The notes: a model not told the origin generated them from the letters alone. Counted from the first letter of the stretch, positions 32,678 through 40,481 are shown. The stretch: 64,000 nucleotides of DNA from a bacterium (GCA_040756235.1 JBFLZG010000042.1:1-64000), one strand, 5' to 3'. Made by a program: numbers and translations.

Positions 32678-32751
32678 AAATGAAAAGGGCGAGTCCTGCT
32701 TCAGCCCGTGTAGGAGCTGCCCGACACCTCGCGATGCCGGGGGACTCGCCC
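32678..32751 (-). ncRNA. Candidate structured RNA (three-way junction)/attenuator
   Basis: Closing stem GGGCGAGTCC/GGACTCGCCC, two inner hairpins with G-U pairs and a GCGA loop on the minus strand, followed by TTTTCATTT. Confidence 0.45.
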
Positions 32752-32867
32752 AATTCTTCCCGGTCGAAACAAAAATGCCATTCTCACGGGATGGCTCCGC
32801 TACACGTGTTCAAGCACCCCCATGATGGAAGGAGGGCAGGAGGAAGTCAAGAAGAAATCTCAGGCCC

Positions 32868-33134
32868 TCATCCGTTCGCGAAGAAGAGCCCCGGGCCCTT
32901 GCCCTTCGCTTCTGCCGTGTTGGCCCTCAGCACCTCCAGGGCAACCTGGCTCACCCTGGCTGCGACCGCGGCGTCCGAGCGCAACACCTCGACCGCAACT
33001 TGGGTCACCTGCCCCGCAACGCCAGCATCGGAGCGCAACACCTCGACCGCAACCTGGGTCACCTGCCCCGCAACGCCAGCATCGGAGCGCAACACCTCGA
33101 CCGCAACCTGAGTGATTATCGCTTCGCCTGCCAT
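32868..33134 (-). CDS. 88-aa tandem-repeat protein, putative virion/fibre-associated
   Basis: Four (T/S)QVA(V/L)EVLR units with 18-aa period; TGATG coupling to upstream gene. Confidence 0.65.
   Translation of the reverse strand: MAGEAIITQVAVEVLRSDAGVAGQVTQVAVEVLRSDAGVAGQVTQVAVEVLRSDAAVAARVSQVALEVLRANTAEAKGKGPGLFFANG
32925..33113. repeat. 54-bp coding tandem repeat
   Basis: GAGCGCAACACCTCGACCGCAAC recurs at 32977, 33031 and 33085; a more diverged fourth unit lies near 32925. Confidence 0.9.
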
Positions 33135-34168
33135 CAGCTCATGACCTCCGGGCCCGCTTGGATGGCGTTGACGCCGCTCTCGGTCCACGCAACCGCGGTA
33201 TCGGGATCCGTCTCGAGAATGCGGGTGTAGTATTCGTAATCCGTGCCGAGCGCCTGGTCAGACCCGGAAGAGGTTGTCGCCCCGCTCTTGACCGTCGCCC
33301 CGATCCCGCGATCTCCCGCGTCTGCCTTCTTGGCGTTGACGAGCGCCTGAACCCCGGCTATGGACGGGGACGAGAGAGCCGTCAGGGACGAGAACTTGAG
33401 CAGTGAGATGTGCCCGACCGTGTTGCTCGAGAGGTAATCCGTATCCTCGTTCGGGGGATTGTCGTCCACGACCGCGTACTGATCGGAGCCCGCCGAAGGC
33501 GTGAACTGCGAAAGATCCCCGTCCTCGTCCGGGAGAAGGGCGTCAACCCTCTGGTCGCCAAGGAAGTCGTTGTTTGCAGCGCCGGTGCCATCGCAGATGT
33601 ACAGGTCGTCAATATCGACCACGAACCCCTGTGCCTCGTAAACACAGATCCCGAACTGAACGATGTTCGCGTAGGCGTTGGCGGTCGCTTGAAGATCCTG
33701 CCCGGTAGCTACCGTGATCCAGTCAGCGCCATTCACCCGGACCTTGCAACTATTCTCCGCGATGGAGTTCGCAATCGTGATCTTCCACTCGATGTAGGCA
33801 TACACCCCGGTGCCCAAAACGTTCGTGCTCTTCCCATCCGTTACGGCTGTGCCGGCCCGGGTGACCTGGAGCGTGCCGTCACTGTTGAGCCGCAGGTCCG
33901 CCTGGACGGAGGCCCCATCCAGTAACCGCGCAAGCACCCTGGCCGTATTCGGCAGAGAGCTGTAGTAGAACGCAAACCCCATGATCCACGTCGCTTGCGC
34001 ATCCAGGGCCACGCTCAGGTAGGCACTGTTCGACGAGGTGCGGAAGCTGGCCGTCCCCCGCCTTCCCGATCCGGCGTTGATCGTTGGCGAGCCGCCCCGG
34101 ACCGGGTATCTCTCGGGCAGATCCGCCGTTGCATAGGCGTCAAAGGAATCGATGTGACGCAGGGCCAT
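33134..34168 (-). CDS. Putative phage virion structural protein (beta-rich, LamG/ConA-like)
   Basis: MALRHIDSFD N-terminus, YIEWKI...KVRVNG, IDDLYICDGTG..NNDFLG, DPDTAVAWT...VNAIQAG; no signal peptide; AAGGAGG RBS. Confidence 0.6.
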   Translation of the reverse strand: MALRHIDSFDAYATADLPERYPVRGGSPTINAGSGRRGTASFRTSSNSAYLSVALDAQATWIMGFAFYYSSLPNTARVLARLLDGASVQADLRLNSDGTLQVTRAGTAVTDGKSTNVLGTGVYAYIEWKITIANSIAENSCKVRVNGADWITVATGQDLQATANAYANIVQFGICVYEAQGFVVDIDDLYICDGTGAANNDFLGDQRVDALLPDEDGDLSQFTPSAGSDQYAVVDDNPPNEDTDYLSSNTVGHISLLKFSSLTALSSPSIAGVQALVNAKKADAGDRGIGATVKSGATTSSGSDQALGTDYEYYTRILETDPDTAVAWTESGVNAIQAGPEVMS

Positions 34169-34242
34169 GGTAGGTTCCTCCTTGACCGGTCTGGTTAGTG
34201 GATGTTATACGATGTTTCCCATAATTCTGAGGAGAAGAAGTC

Positions 34243-34518
34243 ATGAGAGCCCCGTTGTTGATCGCCTTGGCGACGTTTACCCTGCTCGGCTGCGGCTCCG
34301 ATTCCTCCTCCGACCATCCCGCCGACTGCGAACCGGAAGCTGAATACGGCATCTGCACCGCGCAGCTTTGCTGCTACAAGCCCGATGCCCACTGCTATTG
34401 GGTGATCAACGGGGAAGAAATGTTCGAATGCGACCACGCCGTAAGCGGGGATGCCTGTTACGACATCTGGGGGCAGGGCCAACTTTACCTCGTTGAGTAC
34501 TGTTCGCCCGAGCCCTGA
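34243..34518 (+). CDS. Small Cys-rich lipoprotein
   Basis: MRAPLLIALATFTLLGC lipobox; 8 further Cys; GAGGAG RBS; opposite strand to the rest of the element. Confidence 0.65.
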   Translation: MRAPLLIALATFTLLGCGSDSSSDHPADCEPEAEYGICTAQLCCYKPDAHCYWVINGEEMFECDHAVSGDACYDIWGQGQLYLVEYCSPEP

Positions 34519-34636
34519 CCTCACGACAGCGAAGCCGTTTTCCTGCCCTGGACGCGCGATCTCAGGCCGGCAGGATGAAAGACACGGGCTCATCGGCGAT
34601 CGCCTCGAATCCGCCAGAAAGCGGCCGCGGGGAACC

Positions 34637-34846
34637 TCAAACGAATAGCTCCAGGTTGCGCACGATAATCTGAGCCGCCGCCTCGACTCCCACGAGCTGA
34701 ACCCACTCTTCAGCCATCTTCTCGAGCTTCCGGATCCGCTCCTCTTCCCACGGCTCGAGCCCGGGCAGAACCCGCGCAAGAGAGACGTGCTGCTCAAGCC
34801 TTCGAACATGGCGCCTCGTTCTCCGCCACGGCAAGGGCAACGGCAT
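34637..34846 (-). CDS. Hypothetical protein (69 aa)
   Basis: GAGGT RBS before MPLPLPWRR; co-oriented with element genes. Confidence 0.45.
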   Translation of the reverse strand: MPLPLPWRRTRRHVRRLEQHVSLARVLPGLEPWEEERIRKLEKMAEEWVQLVGVEAAAQIIVRNLELFV

Positions 34847-34964
34847 TACCTCGGCCCCGGTAAGAAACCGGTCCGGCCAGGAGGAAAACGCACTTCGTCC
34901 GAGGCCCCTGGCCGGTTGCGGATGCCGGCTCACCCGGTCGAAACCCTCGGACGCAGGAGGCCGT

Positions 34965-35372
34965 TCAGATCAGCCTGGGGTTTTTCACGCCCCCGAAGAA
35001 GTCTTCGTCCGTGATGTCGCCGAAGCTCCGGACGGCCTGAGGCTCCGGGACTGCCCGGCCGTTGTCGGCAGGAGCCGCGGGGAGGGGTGCGAAGGCTTGC
35101 GGGTTTCCGATCGACCGGAAGAAGGTGTCGTCGTCCACCTGGCCGAGGCTCCGGATTTCGCCTTCGCCGGCGAGCCGGTTGCCCGGCCCCTGCTTCGCCA
35201 GCAGGCTTGTGACCCGCTCGTGCAGGTGGCGGAGGAGCGGCGCCGAATCCCCCCGCATTCTCTGCCCGAAGTAGCTCACAACCTCCGCCTGGAAAGCCAC
35301 GTCTCCGGGTGCAAGCAGCTTGCTCAGATCCCGGTAGAAACCCAGCTCATCGTTGTACCCTTTGGTCGCCAT
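34965..35372 (-). CDS. Hypothetical protein with duplicated acidic-FF motif
   Basis: AAAGGAG RBS; SLGQVDDDTFF and SFGDITDEDFF. Confidence 0.6.
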   Translation of the reverse strand: MATKGYNDELGFYRDLSKLLAPGDVAFQAEVVSYFGQRMRGDSAPLLRHLHERVTSLLAKQGPGNRLAGEGEIRSLGQVDDDTFFRSIGNPQAFAPLPAAPADNGRAVPEPQAVRSFGDITDEDFFGGVKNPRLI

Positions 35373-35414
35373 CACACACTCTCCTTTCGGTGCCTCATCC
35401 GCGGCGTTTGAGGA

Positions 35415-36029
35415 TCACTTTGCTGTGACGATCTCGTTCCGCACCTGTTCGAGCGTTTCCCGCCCCGGGTGCGTGAACGGGTTCCTGGCGTGCTCCGTTC
35501 GGTCGAAGCCCTCGATCACCGGAATCCGAAGCGTGGTGAGAACGGAAATGAAATCGCCCAGAACTTCGACAAACACTTGCCTGAGGTTCCCGTCCCTTAG
35601 CTCCCGCAGCAGGTCGTGTGCCGCCATCAGCCGCTTCGTATGGTGCCTGAGCGAGAGAGCCTTCTCGTCAAAAAGCCCGGCTTCCCGCTCCAGCCAGGTC
35701 CGCGCCAGGTCGGCGAAGGTCCTGTCCCGCTGGCCCGAAGCCGCCTCGAGTTTCCCGCGCAAGTCGGTGAGCTTCTCCCCGAGCCCCCTGAGCATGAGCT
35801 GCTCCCGCTCGCGCGCCGCCCGACAATCCCGGAGTTTCCCCTCCAGGTCCTCGGCTCCGCTCCCCGCAGCCAGGGCCCGGGACAGATCCGCCTCGAGCCG
35901 GGCCGCCGATTCCGCCAGCTCACAGATGCGGCCCGAAGTCTCGGTCCGCTGCGTCTCACAGCCCCTGATTTCGCCGGCCAGGTCCTCGGCCTCCCGGTTC
36001 AGCCTCTCGTACTGTTTTGCTCCCTTCAT
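35415..36029 (-). CDS. Hypothetical coiled-coil protein
   Basis: E/R/L/A-rich heptad pattern; AAGGA RBS; alternative start 36116. Confidence 0.6.
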   Translation of the reverse strand: MKGAKQYERLNREAEDLAGEIRGCETQRTETSGRICELAESAARLEADLSRALAAGSGAEDLEGKLRDCRAAREREQLMLRGLGEKLTDLRGKLEAASGQRDRTFADLARTWLEREAGLFDEKALSLRHHTKRLMAAHDLLRELRDGNLRQVFVEVLGDFISVLTTLRIPVIEGFDRTEHARNPFTHPGRETLEQVRNEIVTAK

Positions 36030-36084
36030 GTTCCGTCCTTTTCTTCTGGGGTGTTTGTCGCCATGATCGCGCGGCCGAAATGCC

Positions 36085-36624
36085 TCACGTTCCTCCGGAA
36101 CCCACTTGATCTTCATGTCGCCCTTCCTCCGGAGCCTTGCCTTGAATCATGTGGCCGGCCGCGGGGAGCGGTCTGCTGTAGGCTTCAAGGAAAAGCCTAA
36201 CCTCAGCGTCCACGACGGCCACGACATCCTTGAGCTTCTGCTCGGACCCGACCGCCACGCGATGCCCGATGCGCCGGCTCAGGAGGAAGAGGGAGCGTTT
36301 CAGCTCCAGGATCCGGTCGACATGGCCCTTTTCGATCTCGGTCCGGGGAAGGAGTTCGCCTTCCCGTTGCCGCCGCTCCAGGCCAACGAGCAGGGCCCTT
36401 TCGCGCCGAAGGGCCGTGAGCCACCTCTGCCCCTCTTCGCTTTCGTCCGTGTGCTCTGCCGCTGTCCCCCGGGCCCGCTCGAGCGCCCATTCGACCGCCG
36501 CCCGGATGTCAAAGCGGCCGTCCGGATCCCGCTCCAGGCCGTCTTTCGTCCAGCGGCTCACGGTGGATGGTGAAACCTGGAAGACGGCCGCCAGGTAGGC
36601 CCGGGAAACCTTGAAGTCAGGCAT
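36085..36624 (-). CDS. Terminase small subunit, lambda Nu1-like
   Basis: N-terminal winged HTH VSRAYLAAVFQVSPSTVSRWTKDGL...FDIRAAVEW; coiled coil ending RRQREGELLP; GAGAGGA RBS. Confidence 0.75.
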   Translation of the reverse strand: MPDFKVSRAYLAAVFQVSPSTVSRWTKDGLERDPDGRFDIRAAVEWALERARGTAAEHTDESEEGQRWLTALRRERALLVGLERRQREGELLPRTEIEKGHVDRILELKRSLFLLSRRIGHRVAVGSEQKLKDVVAVVDAEVRLFLEAYSRPLPAAGHMIQGKAPEEGRHEDQVGSGGT

Positions 36625-36684
36625 TGGCGTTCCTCTCGTGTGCGTGCGTCGTAAAAATCAAACTATGGTATGTAGCCGGCACAT

Positions 36685-36729
36685 GCGGTTTCTTGACCCC
36701 TGAGCCCCCCCGCCGGTCTCCAAGGACCC
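36685..36729 (-). other. Putative lambda-type cos site (cosQ + cosN)
   Basis: Minus strand GGGTCCT-23 nt-GGGTCAAGAAAC-CGC, ~60 bp upstream of the terS start. Confidence 0.65.
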
Positions 36730-36801
36730 GCGCTGTTTGCCAAGCAGAACAAACCTTCACGTTTCTGCCTCTTTCGATCGGCCTGGCCGCCGGAGAGCTG
36801 C

Positions 36802-38064
36802 TCATGCATCTCCGTCTCCCTCATTCTCCCTGTCCTTCAGAATTCCGTGCTCCCGCATGCGCTGCGTTCTCCGGTCATAGTCGATCAGGTAGCGATATCC
36901 AACCGGCCCGAAGCGGTTCTTGCGGCACTCGAGGATGTGCCGCTTTCCCTCCCGCTTGAAGAAGAAGGAGTGATCCGCCTCATGCTCGATCTTCTTCGAT
37001 TCTGCAATCTCCTGTTGTGCGTTCACCTGACTGACGATGACTCCGTGCAGGTCGTGCCGCTGCGTCACATTCCACAGGCTCTTTACCCATCGGGCGAAAC
37101 GTTCATCCCGCATCTCGTCCAGCTTCGGGTTGTCCCGGTCCAGCCGGCCGATGTAGTCAAGGCACCATATCCGAATGCCGTGGACGACTGCGTATTTCTC
37201 AATCAGGAGCGCTGCATCATGGACGTTCCTGGAAGCGTTGTCGCTGACGTGGAAGGGACTGTTTCTGATCCGCTCCAGGGCCTCACCGATGGCCTGATTG
37301 ACTCGCCCGGATTCGATGGTCCGGAGCTCCTGGCCGGAGAGGATGCCCACGGCCCGGTCAAGCACGTCCTGCTCCCGCATCTCTGTTGTGATGTACAGCC
37401 CCGGGATCTCGCCCAGGATGCAGATGCTTGCGAACCAATTCACGGCGACTCCGCTTTTCCCGTGCCCGGTTGGCCCGGAGATAAGAGTAAGGCGTCTGCC
37501 CTGCAGGCCAGTCGTGTGAAAGTCCACGGTTTCGAAGCCGGTCCTGAATCCCTGGATGGGGTTGCCGCCCCTCTCGCGTCGCTGCTCCATCAGGAAGAAG
37601 CCCAGGTCGGCGAGCTCAGAGCCGTTGAAGACTCGACCTTTCTCCCGCCTGGTCGCGATTGCCAGGTCAAGCAGGTCTTGGCAGATTTCGCCCTCTTCCT
37701 TCGCGCCGATGCTCTGCCCGATTCGCAGAAGTCCGGTCTGCAGGCGCCTCTTGTTTGAGAGGGCCAGGACGCGCCGAAGGGGCCAGTCGGTTGCCCGGTA
37801 CAGCTCCGCCTCTTCCATAGTCGCAGAGAGGGAAACAAACGAAACGTCCGTGCCCTTCAGCTCCTCCAGGACGGCCGGCAGCTCGACTTTGCCGTCGCGC
37901 AGGTAGACGGCCTGGAAGGCCACAAACGTTTCCTTGTGCTCCCGGAAGTAAAAGTCTTCCGGGTCCAGACGGTCATGCACCTTAAGATAGTGCTCAGGCT
38001 CGAGCAGGAGTCTGCCCAGGAGACACCGTTCCGCTTGCCGGTCATACAGTTCAGGCTCGCTCAT
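36802..38064 (-). CDS. DnaB-like replicative helicase
   Basis: AERCLLG...LDPEDFY..H N-terminal domain; Walker A GPTGHGKS; LDYIG, SQVN, IEHEAD, KNRFGP. Confidence 0.9.
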   Translation of the reverse strand: MSEPELYDRQAERCLLGRLLLEPEHYLKVHDRLDPEDFYFREHKETFVAFQAVYLRDGKVELPAVLEELKGTDVSFVSLSATMEEAELYRATDWPLRRVLALSNKRRLQTGLLRIGQSIGAKEEGEICQDLLDLAIATRREKGRVFNGSELADLGFFLMEQRRERGGNPIQGFRTGFETVDFHTTGLQGRRLTLISGPTGHGKSGVAVNWFASICILGEIPGLYITTEMREQDVLDRAVGILSGQELRTIESGRVNQAIGEALERIRNSPFHVSDNASRNVHDAALLIEKYAVVHGIRIWCLDYIGRLDRDNPKLDEMRDERFARWVKSLWNVTQRHDLHGVIVSQVNAQQEIAESKKIEHEADHSFFFKREGKRHILECRKNRFGPVGYRYLIDYDRRTQRMREHGILKDRENEGDGDA

Positions 38065-38860
38065 TCCCGCCTTCCCTGGCCTCCTGGTATTGCTGCCAAC
38101 CTTCAGGGGTGTCGATATCAAAGCCGCCGCGGATTGCATCCGAGGGAGGCTCGAGGCCTTGCGGCGCCGGAGACTGCCCGTTGCCGTTCCACCGCCGAAT
38201 GATCCCGAGACAGTATCTCTCCCCCTCGGTGTGGCCCTTCTCGAGGTATGTCCGGATCCCGCCTTCCACGTTCTCGACGGGATACCGAGCGCAGGCCTCA
38301 AGGAAGCCGATCAGCACGGATTCTGCAACCTTGCCGGTCTTGCGGATGGAAGCGAAGGCTTTGAATGCTTGCTCGATCAGGGCGGGGTTGTATCTTGCCT
38401 TGAGAGAGGAGAGAGAGACTCGCGGTTCTTCTATTCCCTTCTTGTTAAGTCCATTCTTGTTTATTAGTGTGCCCTGTGCTGACTTTTCAGCAGGCCCTTC
38501 GTCGTGTCCTTCGTATGCGGCCGGTGTCTGGTATCTGTCGTAATTCAGCACGCTTATGAGCAACCCGCGTGTGCCCTTCACTGTGCCTATCATCGTGCCC
38601 TTCATCAAACTTTCGTAAGCAGCCCGAATTTGCTTCCTGGTCGGCCGTTCAATCCGTGCTCCGACCTTGTGGGACATGGCCTGCCGCATCTTCTCGATGG
38701 ATGTGAAAAGCTGGCCGCGCTCAAGCCCCCCGTGCTTCTTGTGACTCGCCTTCAAGAGCATCCAAACCCAGAGCTTCAGGTGCAGGGCAGGGGCCTCCAT
38801 GATGCCGCTTGAAAGTATCTTCCGGGCGAGCAGGATGAAGCCGCCGTCAACGTCTGGCAT
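38051..38860 (-). CDS. Phage-type replication initiator
   Basis: GFILLARK...LWVWMLLKA..LERGQLFTS...ISVLNYDRYQ N-terminus; overlaps helicase gene; internal repeats. Confidence 0.75.
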   Translation of the reverse strand: MPDVDGGFILLARKILSSGIMEAPALHLKLWVWMLLKASHKKHGGLERGQLFTSIEKMRQAMSHKVGARIERPTRKQIRAAYESLMKGTMIGTVKGTRGLLISVLNYDRYQTPAAYEGHDEGPAEKSAQGTLINKNGLNKKGIEEPRVSLSSLKARYNPALIEQAFKAFASIRKTGKVAESVLIGFLEACARYPVENVEGGIRTYLEKGHTEGERYCLGIIRRWNGNGQSPAPQGLEPPSDAIRGGFDIDTPEGWQQYQEAREGGNERA

Positions 38861-39017
38861 CTTCCCCCCTGCGCGGCAGGGCTTCCAAGGCCTCGAGCAG
38901 GCGCCGCGCGGCCGATTCGCTCAGTTCCTCCGACTCGAGCATCTCCAAGATCAAGGCGATTGCCCGGGCCCGGAGGGACAGGCCGTTGCCGGCAAGCTCT
39001 GCGACGGTTCTCCCCAC
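38847..39017 (-). CDS. Small hypothetical protein (56 aa), absent from ORF track
   Basis: GTG start 3 bp after xis stop; MGRTVAELAGNGLSLRARAIALILEMLESEELSESAARRLLEALEALPRRGEDARR; stop overlaps rep start. Confidence 0.5.
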   Translation of the reverse strand: MGRTVAELAGNGLSLRARAIALILEMLESEELSESAARRLLEALEALPRRGEDARR

Positions 39018-39020
39018 GGC

Positions 39021-39212
39021 TCAGTTCTCCCGCCGCGCCTGACTCTGACACTCAAGGCTCTGAAGCACCTCGGTCAGACGAAAACGGCAATACTTCCCAA
39101 ATCTGAGAACTGGGATCGCGTTCGTCCTGGTTCGCGAGTACACCCAGCTTTTCGGCACCCGCAGTTCCCGCGCCAGCTCTTCAGGCGTCAACAAATCGGG
39201 CTTTGCGTTCAT
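39021..39212 (-). CDS. Excisionase-like HTH protein
   Basis: LLTPEELARELRVPKSWVY...IPVLRFGKYCRF; GGAGG RBS. Confidence 0.85.
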   Translation of the reverse strand: MNAKPDLLTPEELARELRVPKSWVYSRTRTNAIPVLRFGKYCRFRLTEVLQSLECQSQARREN

Positions 39213-39463
39213 CGTCTTGTATCCTCCGCATGGTCTGTTGTTTCCCGTCCTTGTTTCGCCCCTTTTCTATCCAATCGTTTGCACTGGTGCATTGGTCGAA
39301 AGGTCGACGCACCCTTCTTGTCTTCTCGCACCCTTCTTCGGGAAGCGGGGAAAATTATCAGGGATCAATACTCACGGGGATTTCAGAGCCAGGAGGCAGG
39401 CGAGAAAAAAACTAAGGTCGCAGACAGAAAACCACTCCGTGCGACCTTCGTTCCGAGTACGGA

Positions 39464-40255
39464 TCAGGAGGTTCGCTTAGGTGGGTCAACGGTCTGCCTC
39501 AAATCGGCGACAGATCCAAACGCGAAGTGATAGCCCTCGTCCTTGTATGCGTTCAGTGCCTCCAGGAGTTTGGGGAAGTAGTCGTTCCGTGCGTTGTCTG
39601 AAGGCCTGGTCGTTCGTTTTCGGTCCTGATCAGGATGCGCTTTGCTTATCCACTTTCCGACGGCCCCGACCGTCCTTTTGCAATCGCGGTTCGTCGAGAG
39701 AAACAAACGAGCGATATGCACTTGCCAAATCCAATCATGTTTGGCCCAGAGCTCCTTCGCGAAGGCAAACGCTTTCTCCCTGTGCGTAGGGCCTTGCCGA
39801 GCCGGCCGGTTTCTGCCGCGCTCCGCTTTGATCCGCTCAACGTCGGCCGGATTCACCATGAGCTTCTTAGAAAACCAGTATTCGGGTTTGCGCATCCACC
39901 ACCATTTACCGGGGTAGACCTCCATGGAGTCTTGGACAATTTCCCCCGGGCCTGGCCTGCCCACGCCCGGTTTAAAGCCGATGTAAATAAAATTGGGGCC
40001 ATCGAACCGAAGGAAGAGTTTCTGGCGGGCACATTCAAGAGACCACTGAAGCTCCCGGTCAAGGTCGGAAGCCGCTTTCCCTCGGGTCCCCCCCGATGGA
40101 CTCTGCCGCACATCAGCGCCGTGCGGACGAGGGGGTAACTGATAAAGCGGTAATTGGTGCTGTTCACAGAAGAGGCAGAAGCCGACCAGGTCCAGGCCAA
40201 GCCGGTCCATGGCGGTAGTGGCGAACTCGAAGGTAGGTGTCTCGGATGCTTCCAT
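39464..40255 (-). CDS. Hypothetical protein, possibly regulatory
   Basis: 263-aa ORF at element end, lower GC than host; basic C-terminal helical region; no family recognised. Confidence 0.5.
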   Translation of the reverse strand: MEASETPTFEFATTAMDRLGLDLVGFCLFCEQHQLPLYQLPPRPHGADVRQSPSGGTRGKAASDLDRELQWSLECARQKLFLRFDGPNFIYIGFKPGVGRPGPGEIVQDSMEVYPGKWWWMRKPEYWFSKKLMVNPADVERIKAERGRNRPARQGPTHREKAFAFAKELWAKHDWIWQVHIARLFLSTNRDCKRTVGAVGKWISKAHPDQDRKRTTRPSDNARNDYFPKLLEALNAYKDEGYHFAFGSVADLRQTVDPPKRTS

Positions 40256-40481
40256 GGCGCCCCCCACGCCCCCGAAGGTAAGAGCCAGGGAAGGCCGGGT
40301 CGGGGAACCCGGCCGTTCGGCCCGCGAAGCCTATCCCTGGAAATCGGTCGGAAAACTGCTACCACTTTGCTACCACTTCAGCAAAAAACAGGGTAAAAGA
40401 CCATAAATCACCAAACAGGCAAACTCTTGATTTGCTTTATTTTCGTGTGTCATGGTATATGCTGTTTCGGCAACGGAGCGA

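Noticed and set aside
32925..33113. Possible CRISPR array
   Set aside because: Repeats are contiguous 54-bp units without unique spacers, keep frame in a coding ORF, and no cas genes are present.
32868..34168. Diversity-generating retroelement acting on the virion-like gene
   Set aside because: No reverse transcriptase and no template/variable repeat pair with adenine-specific mismatches seen.
36617..36805. 62-aa ORF between dnaB and terS
   Set aside because: It overlaps the cos-like site and has no recognisable features; the ATGA overlap with the helicase stop means it cannot be fully excluded.
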